Shown piece by piece: positions 19,477 through 29,399 of a stretch of 64,000 nt of DNA. Below the pieces are notes generated by a model, which saw only the letters and a program-made list of their open reading frames with translations, was not told where the DNA came from and did no database searches. The stretch covers positions 166,900 through 230,899 of the forward strand of contig NZ_JAGTJK010000012.1 in the NCBI RefSeq assembly GCF_028435265.1, given 5' to 3'. Position numbers and translations under genes: made by a program. How positions within the stretch are numbered: the first letter of the stretch is position 1; each line of letters opens with the position of its first letter. This stretch comes from Polyangium jinanense. GTDB lineage: Bacteria; Myxococcota_A; Polyangia; Polyangiales; Polyangiaceae.

Positions 19477-21450
19477 ATGGTGATGTTCTCGCCCACGGAG
19501 GCCTTGCGGCCCAACTTGCACGTGGAGGTCGCGTCGGGGGACACGCTCGATGTGCGCAAGTTCCAGGTCACGGAGCGCGTGTCGGATCTCTTCGAGGTCC
19601 GCCTCGTGGCGCTCTCGCCGAACCCCGAGATCGACTTCGAGGCCGTGCTCGGGCGGGAGGCGACGTTCACGCTCTCCCGCGACCGGCTCCTCGCCTCCGC
19701 GTACCGCACCTGGGGCGGGATCTGCCATCACATCCAGCAGATCGAGTCGGAGGAGGCCGGGCTCTCCACGTACGAGCTCGTGATCGTGCCGAAGCTCTGG
19801 TTCCTCACGCAGCGGCGCAACCACCGCATGTTCCAGCAGCTTTCGGACCTCGACGTCGTGCTGCAGGTCCTCCGCGAGTGGGGCATCGAGCCCGTGCAGA
19901 AGGTCGACGCGGCCGCCTACAAGAAACGCAAATATCGGGTGCAGTACGGCGAGAGCGATTACGCTTTCGTCTGCCGGCTGCTCGAGGATGCGGGGATCAC
20001 ATTTTACTTCGACCAGCAGGGCGAGGACACGGTGCTCGTCCTTCATGACGCACCGCAGGACAATCCGCCGCGTGAGCCCGCCGTCCGGTTCGTGGACAAA
20101 CCGATGGTGGACAAGGATCTCGAGTTCGTGACCGAGGTGCGTGTCGGGCAACGCACGCGGCCGGGCAAGTACACGATCTTCGACCACGATTACCGGCGGC
20201 CGGCGAACTACAAGCTCATGGGCACGCACGCCGAGGGCGAGGCCTTCGAGCAGCAGATGGAGCGGTTTCATTACGTGCCGGGCGCGTTCCTCTTCCGCAC
20301 CGACGGGCGCGAGCCGACGCCGAGCGCCGACGACAAAGGCGCGGCGCGTCACGACGAGTCGGAGGCCAAGCGCATCGCGCGGATCCGCCTGGAGGCGAAG
20401 CGCGTCGAGGCCCGCAAGGCCACGTTCCGCACGAACCTCGTCGAGCTCCGGCCCGGGACCGTGATGCGTGTCGTCGATCATCCGCGGCGCGAGTTGTCGA
20501 ATCGGCTGCTCGTGGTGCATTCGACCTACGAGGGCACGTCGTTCGGCGAGTGGGTCCACAAGCTCGAGACGCGCAGCGCCGAGATCCACTACCGCCCGCC
20601 GCTCGTCACGCCGAAGCCAAAGGTGAGCGGCGTGGAGAGCGCGACGGTCGTCGGGCCCGCGGGCGAGGAGATTCATACCGACGAGTTCGGCCGCGTGCGG
20701 GTCCATTTCCACTGGGACCGCGAGAGCCAGATGAACCAGGATAGCTCATGCTGGATCCACGTGAGCCAATCGTGGGGCGGCGCGGGCTACGGCGGCGTGC
20801 AGCTTCCGCGCATCGGCCAGGAGGTGATCGTCGATTTCCTCGGCGGTGATCCGGACCGGCCCATCATCGTGGGGCGCGTGTTCACGAATCTGCAAAAGGT
20901 GCCGTATCCGCTGCCGGCGAACAAGACGCAGAGCGGGCTCCGATCGGCGTCGTCGCCGGCGACGGGCGGGTACAACGAGCTCATGTTCGAGGACGCCGCG
21001 GGCCGCGAGCTCATGCGGCTCCAGGCCGAGCGCGACTTCACGGGCCTCGTGAAGCACGATATGCGGTTCAACATCCAGAACGACCGCACGCACAACGTCG
21101 GCAACAACGACACGGAGTCCGTGGTCGGCGAGCAGTCGGTGAAGGTCGCGAAAAAACGCACGGTGCGGGTCAAGCTCGATCAGCAGCACCAGGTCGGGGA
21201 AAACATCCTCACGCAGGCGGTGAACGGCACGGCGACGCACATGTCGAACAAGGCGCTCACGCTCTTCAGCCCGGAGAAGATCGTGCTCTCCACGGCGCCG
21301 AACTCGTTCATCCTGATCACGCCGGGCAAGATCACGATCGAGGCCCCGCTCGTGCACATCAACCCGGGCGATACGTCCGTTCCCAATCCGCCGCAGCCCG
21401 ACGCGATCGGGGACGCCACGACCATCACCGGATACATCGGAGCGCCATGA
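19477..21450 (+). CDS. vgrG: type VI secretion spike protein VgrG (TssI), short form without a C-terminal effector extension
   Basis: ATG at 19477 with GAGGAGAG RBS (upstream 512 aa of the six-frame ORF is Arg-rich and antisense to the malic enzyme gene); gp27-like N-terminus; gp5 OB/spike motifs [11 protein letters not shown] and [24 protein letters not shown]. Confidence 0.9.
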   Translation: [657 protein letters not shown]

Positions 21451-22403
21451 GGGTTCGCAAAGTACGCGTCGACGGATTCCGGGGTTTGCCGGACCAGGAG
21501 TTTTCCCTGACCGATCCGCGCACGGACAGCGCCCACGAGCTCGTGGTCGTGACCGGCCCGCGCGCGAGCGGCAAGACGAGCTTCCTCGAAGCGATCGTCG
21601 CGGCGAAGGAGCAGGTTGGCCCGTATGGCCCCGCCGCGCCGCCGTCGAGTTTCCTGCGCCCCGGCGTGAGCACGGCGAAGGTGCGCGTCGAATGGGAGCT
21701 CTCGAATGGGGAGCGAGATCGGTACGGCACGGGCAAACGCGCATTCGTGAGCGAGTCGATCTTCGGCGACCTCGTGGTCGATCCGCCGGAGCCGGATCCG
21801 GCGCTCGCGGCGTTGCTCTCGGAGTACATCCCGGAGCCGGCGTTCGGGAAGGTCGAGTATTTCCACGCCTCGCGGAGGCTGCCCCTCGGGTCGACGATCG
21901 ATCTGTCGAAATCGGCCGGAGACAGCCTCGATCGTATGGTGAGGCTCGGCCGCGACGACACGAAGTACGCGGGGCTCGTGCGGTTCATCGTGGAGGCGGG
22001 GCTCGGGCTCGACGTGGACGCCGAGGGCAAACCAAAGCCAAAGGGACGCATCAAAAAGGCGTTCGAGGCGCTTTGCCCGACGAAGGAACTCGGAGGGCTC
22101 TACAAGGCGGGGGACGCGATGCTGCCGGTGTTCCTCGACGGACGGCGCAGGGCGTACAGCATCGCGCAGCTCTCGGACAGCGAGCTCGACGCGCTGCTCT
22201 TCGCGACGACATTCGTGCGGGCGGGCATCGGTCAATCGATCGTGCTCGTCGACACGCCGGAGAAGCACCTCGGCGACGTGGAAGCGCGCGAGTTCGTGAA
22301 GGCGCTCGCGACGCTCGGCGCGGACAACCAGCTCATCGTGGCGACGCAATCGGCGGCGCTCGTGTCGAGCGTGCAGGCGGATCAAGTGATCCGGCTCGGG
22401 TGA
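21447..22403 (+). CDS. ABC-class (AAA_21/AAA_15-like) ATPase coupled to vgrG
   Basis: ATGA overlap with the vgrG stop; Walker A VVTGPRASGKTSFLEAI; signature-like LSDSELDALLFA; Walker B/D-loop SIVLVDTPEKHLGD resembling the LIDEPENHLHP motif; 318 aa, no fused nuclease domain. Confidence 0.7.
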   Translation: MRVRKVRVDGFRGLPDQEFSLTDPRTDSAHELVVVTGPRASGKTSFLEAIVAAKEQVGPYGPAAPPSSFLRPGVSTAKVRVEWELSNGERDRYGTGKRAFVSESIFGDLVVDPPEPDPALAALLSEYIPEPAFGKVEYFHASRRLPLGSTIDLSKSAGDSLDRMVRLGRDDTKYAGLVRFIVEAGLGLDVDAEGKPKPKGRIKKAFEALCPTKELGGLYKAGDAMLPVFLDGRRRAYSIAQLSDSELDALLFATTFVRAGIGQSIVLVDTPEKHLGDVEAREFVKALATLGADNQLIVATQSAALVSSVQADQVIRLG

Positions 22404-22407
22404 GGTG

Positions 22408-22836
22408 ATGGCGGTCTACGAGGTCGACGAGTTTTCGTTCGAGGTGCCCGACGGGTACGTCGATCGCAGCATGAACCTGTTCACGCCGCCTGCGGGGCTC
22501 ATGCAGGCGACGCGGCAGAGCCTGCTCGTGACGCGGGAGCCGCGCACGGAGGAGACGGTGTCGCAGCAGGCCTCGCGGCTCGTGAAGGAGCTCGCGGCGA
22601 AGGTGCCGGGGATGAAGGTCCTCGGGCAGCGGGATCGTGCCCTCGGCGCGCTGCCCGGCCGGGAGGCGCGGATCCACGCGGTGCAGGGCACCGTGCCGGT
22701 CTATCAGCGATGTTTTTTCGTGGGCCATTACGGCACGTTGCTCACGGTCATCGCGACGTCGATGCGGTCGCAGAGCGCGCAATGCGATGCGCTCGTCGAG
22801 CGATTCATCTCGAGCTTGCGCCTGAAGAAGCGTTGA
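22408..22836 (+). CDS. DUF1795/DcrB-fold Eag-like T6SS effector chaperone (copy 1)
   Basis: about 143 aa; N-terminal YEVDEFSFEVPDGYVDRSMNLF pattern; sits between vgrG and a TMD-bearing prePAAR protein; the identical-length paralog follows. Confidence 0.5.
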   Translation: MAVYEVDEFSFEVPDGYVDRSMNLFTPPAGLMQATRQSLLVTREPRTEETVSQQASRLVKELAAKVPGMKVLGQRDRALGALPGREARIHAVQGTVPVYQRCFFVGHYGTLLTVIATSMRSQSAQCDALVERFISSLRLKKR

Positions 22837-22851
22837 GGCGGAGGAGGAGCT

Positions 22852-23283
22852 TTGGGCTTTTATCAGACGCAGGAAGCGGGCTTCGAGCTGCCGGCGAACT
22901 GGACCGACGCGAGCATCAACATGCTCGAGTATCCGCGCCCGGAGGGTTTGATCCGGGTGGGTTTGTCGCGGGCCGAGCGCGGGAACCGGGACCTCGCGGC
23001 GAGCCTGGAGGAGGTGATCGTGGAGCAGCGGCGGAAGCTGCCGTTCTTCGAGCTCCTCGGGCGCGTGGATCGCGTCTGCGGGGGTTTGCCCGGGATCGAC
23101 ACGAGGGTCACGTACGAGGAGTCGTCGCGCAAGGTGTATCAGCGGGCGCTCTCGTTTGTGATCGGGGGGCGGTTCTTCGTGCTGGGCGTCAAGGGAACGG
23201 CGACGCAGGAGGCCGAGGTCGACGCGATGTTCGAGCGGGCGGCGTCCACGTTCACGTTACGCGCGCGGCCCTCGGGGGCCTGA
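22852..23283 (+). CDS. DUF1795/DcrB-fold Eag-like T6SS effector chaperone (copy 2, TTG start)
   Basis: TTG at 22852 after GGAGGAGGAG RBS; 143 aa, collinear similarity to copy 1 (YQTQEAGFELPANWTDASINMLEY). Confidence 0.5.
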   Translation: MGFYQTQEAGFELPANWTDASINMLEYPRPEGLIRVGLSRAERGNRDLAASLEEVIVEQRRKLPFFELLGRVDRVCGGLPGIDTRVTYEESSRKVYQRALSFVIGGRFFVLGVKGTATQEAEVDAMFERAASTFTLRARPSGA

Positions 23284-23296
23284 GGAGGGTAGGGCG

Positions 23297-24442
<1,146 letters not shown>

Positions 24443-24444
24443 CC

Positions 24445-26715
24445 CTACCGCCCGCCGCGCCCCGCGGGCTGCGATTGCACCACGCGACCCAGTGCAAGCA
24501 CCCGCAGCGTGATCGGCTCATTGTCCGCCGGATCCTGCTGCGGGTGCGGCTCGGCAATGGCGCGGACGCGGAACTTCGGGAAGAGCGGCAGCTTCTCGGC
24601 GAGCGCCTCCGGCATGTACGTCGGCAAAGGCGATCCGCTGCCCAGAGAGAGTATTCCCCCGATGTGCTCCCCGCCGAAGAGCTTGCGCCTGAGGTAATGC
24701 CGCTCCTCGATCAGAATGCGCTGCGCCGTCGTTTCGAGGTAATCCGACGCGAGCGACCGATTGGCCTGGGCAAACGCCTGCCGCACGCGTGACAGCGCGC
24801 CCTCGAGCAGAGGCACCGCCGCGCTCCGCGGCCCCCGGCAAAGCTCCTCCGCCGCGTCGAGCGCCTCCTTCAGCCGCTTGTCCACCCCCGCGAGCTGCGA
24901 GGCCACGGCGATCGTCGTTTTCAGCGTCTCCAGCGGGTCGCAGGTCATCACGAGCTCGCCATTCACGAGGACGAGCGGCTGTTCGAAGATCCCATCCTCG
25001 TCGATGGCCTCCTCCATCACGCGGGCAATGCCGACCGCGTCGAGCGGAGGCACGCGGCCGAGCGCGCGCCGAATGTCGCGCCGATCGGTCATGGCCTGCG
25101 TCGGTTCCTCCGGTTCCTCGCCCGTGAGCCACTCCGTCGGGCGCTGCGGATCCCGCACGTACGAGGCCCACGCCGATTGCTGACGCACGCGTTGGGGGGC
25201 GCGCTCGTCGAACCAGATCAGATCGACGTATTCCGAGGTCGGCGCGCGGCGCCGCGCAGGTGCGCTCGTCGATATCGCGGGCGCGGCCGGTTCGGGGCGC
25301 GGCGCGGCGACGGCCGCCGCATCGGAGGCCGCCGCGAGGCCGCCGAGCGTCGCCTGGGCATCGTGCACGGGCGGCGCGACGGGCGCGGGCGGCACGGGCG
25401 CCGCGATGGGCACGGGCGCGGGCGGCGCGACGGGCGCGGGCGGGGGCGTATACATCGGCGGCGCAGCCGGGGGCGCGGGGGCCGGCGCGCTCAGCGACGA
25501 GGCCGGCGCACTCAGGAAGGGAAGGCGCCCGCCGGACGCGGGGGGCCGGGCCGCAGGCGCCTCGGGCGCGGGGCTGGGCGTCGACTGGAACGGCAAGACA
25601 CGCCCCGCGGCGGCGGCCTGCGCGAGGCTCGGATCGGCGATCGTCTGGGCCCGCGGCGGCACGGGTTTCGCGGATTTCGCCTCCGCGTCGTCGTTCGGGG
25701 GAATCGATTTTTGCGGGCGCGGCGGCGCCTCGGGCGCGGCCGCGGACTTCGAGGGCGGCGCGTTGTCGAGCCAGATTCGCACCTCGCCCGGTTCGTCGCG
25801 CTGGCGCATGGGGATCTGCGCGCGGAACGTCAGCGTGCAGAGCAGCCGATCGGTATCGATCCACAAGGTATCGGCGCGCATCGGCTGCGCGGCCGCGCCG
25901 CGGCCCTCGATCAGGAACACCGGCTGGAGGCCCGGCAGGTTCGTGACGAGCCGCGGCACGCTCGGGTGTAAGTTTTCGAGGATGATCCGCGCGTTCGGGG
26001 GCAGGAAATCGGTCTGCTGATCCGGCGGCGCCGCATTGAAATAGCGGAAATCGAAGCCGTCGGGGACGTGTGATTCGTACCAGCGCTCGGGCAAGCTGCT
26101 CCGGGCGAGCGCGCCGAGCCGCTCGCGCCGGGAGGGCCACGCGGGCGCGAGCGGGCCGAACCCGACGGGCTCGACGTAATCGGCGGGGGCGCGGACCGTG
26201 ACGCCCGGCCACGTGAGGTTCGGCACGCGCACGCGCCCCATTCCGTCGGCCCATCCCGCGCGCACGCCGACCGGATTCGCCGTGTCCGGACCACCGCCGG
26301 ACCGCTCGTAGACGAGCGGCATGCGCGCGAAGCGTTGCCCCTCGGCGAGGGATCCGTCGGGCTGGAACCAGCGATCCAGGGTGACCTCGATCGACTTGTC
26401 GACCTCGCCGACGATGAGCCGCGCGACGACCGAGCGCGCGGGGACCTGCTGCGGCGCGTGCGCGGAGCCCACGAGGAGCACGTCCGCGCGAGGCTTGAAG
26501 GGCACGAGGTCGCCGGGCGCGCGCAGGCTTCGGTTCGTGTCGTCGTCCCAGTGCTCGTCGGCGGAGGTGATGTCTTCTTGCGCCTCGGCGAGCTGGGACG
26601 TGCCCGGCGCGAGGGAAAACGTCGCCTTGCAGACGAGCGTGAACACCCACCCCTGCGAGCGGTTCGGCCAGACCAAAGGCGCACAGGGGAACGGGATGTT
26701 CGAGACGATTTTCAT
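24445..26715 (-). CDS. extended DUF2169-like protein (T6SS cargo adaptor family), 756 aa, with Pro/Ala-rich linker and extra C-terminal helical domain
   Basis: N-terminus MKIVSNIPFPCAPLVWPNRSQGWVFTLVCKATFSLAPG is the characteristic DUF2169 start as I recall it; T6SS island context; convergent, 2 bp from the PAAR-protein stop. Confidence 0.5.
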   Translation of the reverse strand: MKIVSNIPFPCAPLVWPNRSQGWVFTLVCKATFSLAPGTSQLAEAQEDITSADEHWDDDTNRSLRAPGDLVPFKPRADVLLVGSAHAPQQVPARSVVARLIVGEVDKSIEVTLDRWFQPDGSLAEGQRFARMPLVYERSGGGPDTANPVGVRAGWADGMGRVRVPNLTWPGVTVRAPADYVEPVGFGPLAPAWPSRRERLGALARSSLPERWYESHVPDGFDFRYFNAAPPDQQTDFLPPNARIILENLHPSVPRLVTNLPGLQPVFLIEGRGAAAQPMRADTLWIDTDRLLCTLTFRAQIPMRQRDEPGEVRIWLDNAPPSKSAAAPEAPPRPQKSIPPNDDAEAKSAKPVPPRAQTIADPSLAQAAAAGRVLPFQSTPSPAPEAPAARPPASGGRLPFLSAPASSLSAPAPAPPAAPPMYTPPPAPVAPPAPVPIAAPVPPAPVAPPVHDAQATLGGLAAASDAAAVAAPRPEPAAPAISTSAPARRRAPTSEYVDLIWFDERAPQRVRQQSAWASYVRDPQRPTEWLTGEEPEEPTQAMTDRRDIRRALGRVPPLDAVGIARVMEEAIDEDGIFEQPLVLVNGELVMTCDPLETLKTTIAVASQLAGVDKRLKEALDAAEELCRGPRSAAVPLLEGALSRVRQAFAQANRSLASDYLETTAQRILIEERHYLRRKLFGGEHIGGILSLGSGSPLPTYMPEALAEKLPLFPKFRVRAIAEPHPQQDPADNEPITLRVLALGRVVQSQPAGRGGR

Positions 26716-26819
26716 TGGTCCCCCAAAAGATCTAGGCGGGGTGGGGGGCCCCTGTCAACACCCGCGCTCGGTCGGGGAAGGCGAGCGCGGGCTCTTGGTG
26801 CGGGCGCCTCTTGGTGGTC

Positions 26820-28109
26820 TCAATGGCAGCAGGTATTGCTGGCCCAGGCCACGCCGCCGCCGGACCGGTAGATCACGACGTTGCCGTCGTTCTGTACGGC
26901 GAGATTGGCGTAGTAATTCGACGAGCCGGCCGTGCCCGAGGCCCAGACGGGCTGGCCCGTGGACTTGTAGATCACGAGGTTGCCGTCCTCCTGCATGATG
27001 GCGCGGTCGCCGCCCTTGCCGTTCGTGCCGGAGGCCCAGAGCGGCGAGCCGCCCTGGTAAAGCACGAGGTTGCCGTCGCCCTGGAACTTGAGCTGGAAGC
27101 GGCCGTCACACGACCAGACCGATTGCTCCGCCCCGAGCCCCTGGCCGGAAGAAAGCCAGCCGCAGCCCGACGGCGACGCATACGCGGCGTAACGCGACCA
27201 GATGCCCGCGCGATCGTCGTCCGCGAGCGAGGTGTCGTTGCCGGTGTAATACGCATACATGGTCGCGGCCGAGTCGGTCGAATGGCCGAGGCCGAGGGCG
27301 TGACCGACCTCGTGCAGGGCGACGGTCTCGAGGTAGGCCGAGGACCAGCCCTCCGCGTCGTCGAAATGCACGTCGCCTCCGAGGCCGCCGCCCGGCGAAT
27401 AGGCGTGGGCGAGGACGCCGGACGAGCCGTCGAATGCACTGCTGCAGCCATGGCTGCCCGTGTAGAACCCGAACGAGATGTTCTCGCCCGAGCTCACCTC
27501 GGAGAAGCTCAAGGACGAGGAGGATCGCCACGAGAAGAGCGCGTTCTCGATCGCGGAGCGAACGGAGGCCTGGGCGAAGTCCGAGGTGTAATTCGCGAAC
27601 CGATAGGTCAGCGCCGTGGACGACCAGGTCCCGCCGAAGTGCGTGTAGGGGTCGATGTCGAGGGTCGGCACGACGCTCGGCGGATCGTAATAATCGGGGT
27701 GGCTGCAGCGCGGCATCTGCATGATTCGCTGCGTCGCGGCGTCGACGACGCCGGTCACGGGCAGGCCGTGCTGGGCCTGGTAGAGGCGCACGCCCTCTTC
27801 GAGGGCCTCGTCGAAGAGCTCCGGATCGGCCGGCTCGCGTGAGACGGCGGGCGTCCAGTCGGCGTAATGCTCGGCGAGCTCCTCGTTCTGGTAATACCCA
27901 TAGCGACGCAGATACTCGTACACGCCGCGCACCTCCGCGCCCCGCGCGCCGAGCCCGAGGCCCGCGGCGCTCTCGGCATCCACGGAAGCCTCGTCGCCGA
28001 GCGTCGAGACGTCGTCGCCCGCGCATCCCACGAGGGTCGTCGAGGCGGCCAGGGCGAGAGGCGCGAGAAACAGTGCGAAGCGGGAGTCGAAAAGGTTCGT
28101 CGAGGCCAT
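26820..28109 (-). CDS. secreted M10 matrixin-type zinc metalloprotease with N-terminal peptidoglycan-binding domain and C-terminal bulb-type (B-)lectin repeats
   Basis: ATG at 28109 (MASTNLFDSRFALFLAPLALAASTTLVGCAGDD lipobox; upstream 118 aa of the ORF is Arg/Pro-rich); HEVGHALGLGHS zincin motif; PG_binding_1-like YLRRYGYY; three QxDGNxVxY repeats. Confidence 0.85.
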   Translation of the reverse strand: MASTNLFDSRFALFLAPLALAASTTLVGCAGDDVSTLGDEASVDAESAAGLGLGARGAEVRGVYEYLRRYGYYQNEELAEHYADWTPAVSREPADPELFDEALEEGVRLYQAQHGLPVTGVVDAATQRIMQMPRCSHPDYYDPPSVVPTLDIDPYTHFGGTWSSTALTYRFANYTSDFAQASVRSAIENALFSWRSSSSLSFSEVSSGENISFGFYTGSHGCSSAFDGSSGVLAHAYSPGGGLGGDVHFDDAEGWSSAYLETVALHEVGHALGLGHSTDSAATMYAYYTGNDTSLADDDRAGIWSRYAAYASPSGCGWLSSGQGLGAEQSVWSCDGRFQLKFQGDGNLVLYQGGSPLWASGTNGKGGDRAIMQEDGNLVIYKSTGQPVWASGTAGSSNYYANLAVQNDGNVVIYRSGGGVAWASNTCCH

Positions 28110-28465
28110 GGGATTGATTCTCCGTATGCGAGGGATGAAAGCCCCTATCGCAACGGACATGCCACCTCGGCGGGGCGCGGGGCCCTTGGGGCGATCCTGT
28201 CGAAAGGAATGGTGTTTTCGGGGACGGGACGGGGGGCGCGAGGGCGGGGCGTGTCGAGGGTTGGAGGTGCCAGCCTCCAGGCATGGAGGTGGGAACCGCC
28301 AACGCGCGCCCGGCGGACGGGCATGGCGCCGGGGCGGATACGCTTGCCGGAGGAGCGCTCGGTCCGAGGGGAGATCCGTGCACACGGCACCTCGTGGCTC
28401 GAGGATTGCTGCGCGGGACGCGGAATCGCGAGCCAAGCGCTCGCGCGCAGCCATTGGGGGCAATC

Positions 28466-28900
28466 ATGAGGAAGCTGATGATGGGAGCGGCGGCTGCGCT
28501 GCTTCTCGCGGCATGTGAGACGGAGCAAGGTGGAGGGAAGGCGCTCGGGACCGACCGCAGCCCACAAGGGGCCGGGCAACAGGGCACCGAGCAGCAACAA
28601 GGCGCGGGGCAACAAGGCGCCGGGCAACAACAACAAGGCGCCGGGCAACAACAACAAGGCGCCGGACAACAACAAGGCTCCGAATACCCGCGAGGCCCCG
28701 AGGACCAGGTGAGGCCCGATCAAGGCCAAGGAACCGGGCAGCAAGGGGCCGGGCAGCAGGGCGGTCAGCAGCAGCAAGGCGGCCAGCAGCAAGGTGGGCA
28801 GTGGCAAGGTGGCCAGCAGCAAGGCGGCCAGCAGCAAGGCGGCCAGCAGCAGCGGCCTGGGCAGCAGGGCGGCGGCACGCAGGGAGGTGGAACGCGCTGA
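28466..28900 (+). CDS. Gln/Gly-rich low-complexity lipoprotein
   Basis: MRKLMMGAAAALLLAACETEQGGGK lipobox, then GAGQQ/GGQQQ repeats encoded by tandem DNA repeats at about 28560-28880. Confidence 0.45.
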   Translation: MRKLMMGAAAALLLAACETEQGGGKALGTDRSPQGAGQQGTEQQQGAGQQGAGQQQQGAGQQQQGAGQQQGSEYPRGPEDQVRPDQGQGTGQQGAGQQGGQQQQGGQQQGGQWQGGQQQGGQQQGGQQQRPGQQGGGTQGGGTR

Positions 28901-29157
28901 TGGCCTGGAACAAGACAAGCGCGGGTGAGCCAGGGACGAAGGAGCCGCCCCCCGGAGGGGAGCTGCCGTCCATGCCCGGGAAGAGCAATCTTCCCGCGAG
29001 CGACGCTTCGATCCCGCTGCGCCCGAGCAATACCGAGCCTGTCCCACCCCGTCCCGGCGGCGGTCCCGAGCGGGCACGAGAAGGCGAGCACGATCCTACG
29101 TTGCCCGCTGCGCCGGATCCGTCGACGGTGCCGTCGCCGTCACGATCGAGCGGGTGA
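28900..29157 (+). CDS. small Pro-rich protein, doubtful
   Basis: TGATG overlap with the upstream stop suggests coupling; composition is low complexity. Confidence 0.2.
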   Translation: MAWNKTSAGEPGTKEPPPGGELPSMPGKSNLPASDASIPLRPSNTEPVPPRPGGGPERAREGEHDPTLPAAPDPSTVPSPSRSSG

Positions 29158-29399
29158 GAGGCGAGCTCTCGAGGCGCTTTTCGGATCCCCGCCGGACCTT
29201 TCCTCCGTTCCCCTCCAGGTGCGTCGATCGCCGCAAAATCGCGCGTCTGGGCGTCGATAGGGCCAGCTCACGCGGTGTCGCCAACGAGACCGAGGCGCCG
29301 AGGACGCGGCCGAGCCCGAGGTCGCCGCGCCCAACGGCTGAATTCCCCCACCCCCGACACCAGGAGGCTTTTGCCGGAGCAAAAGCCTCCCGGCCTTTG

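Noticed and set aside
24518-26650. 710-aa alternate-frame ORF inside the DUF2169-like gene
   Set aside because: Arg-rich with no motifs; the other frame has the conserved DUF2169-type N-terminus.
26820-28109. Matrixin as the missing T6SS toxin
   Set aside because: It has a clear Sec signal peptide and lipobox, no PAAR/VgrG/Rhs/MIX marker, and is on the opposite strand to vgrG; more likely an independently secreted protease.
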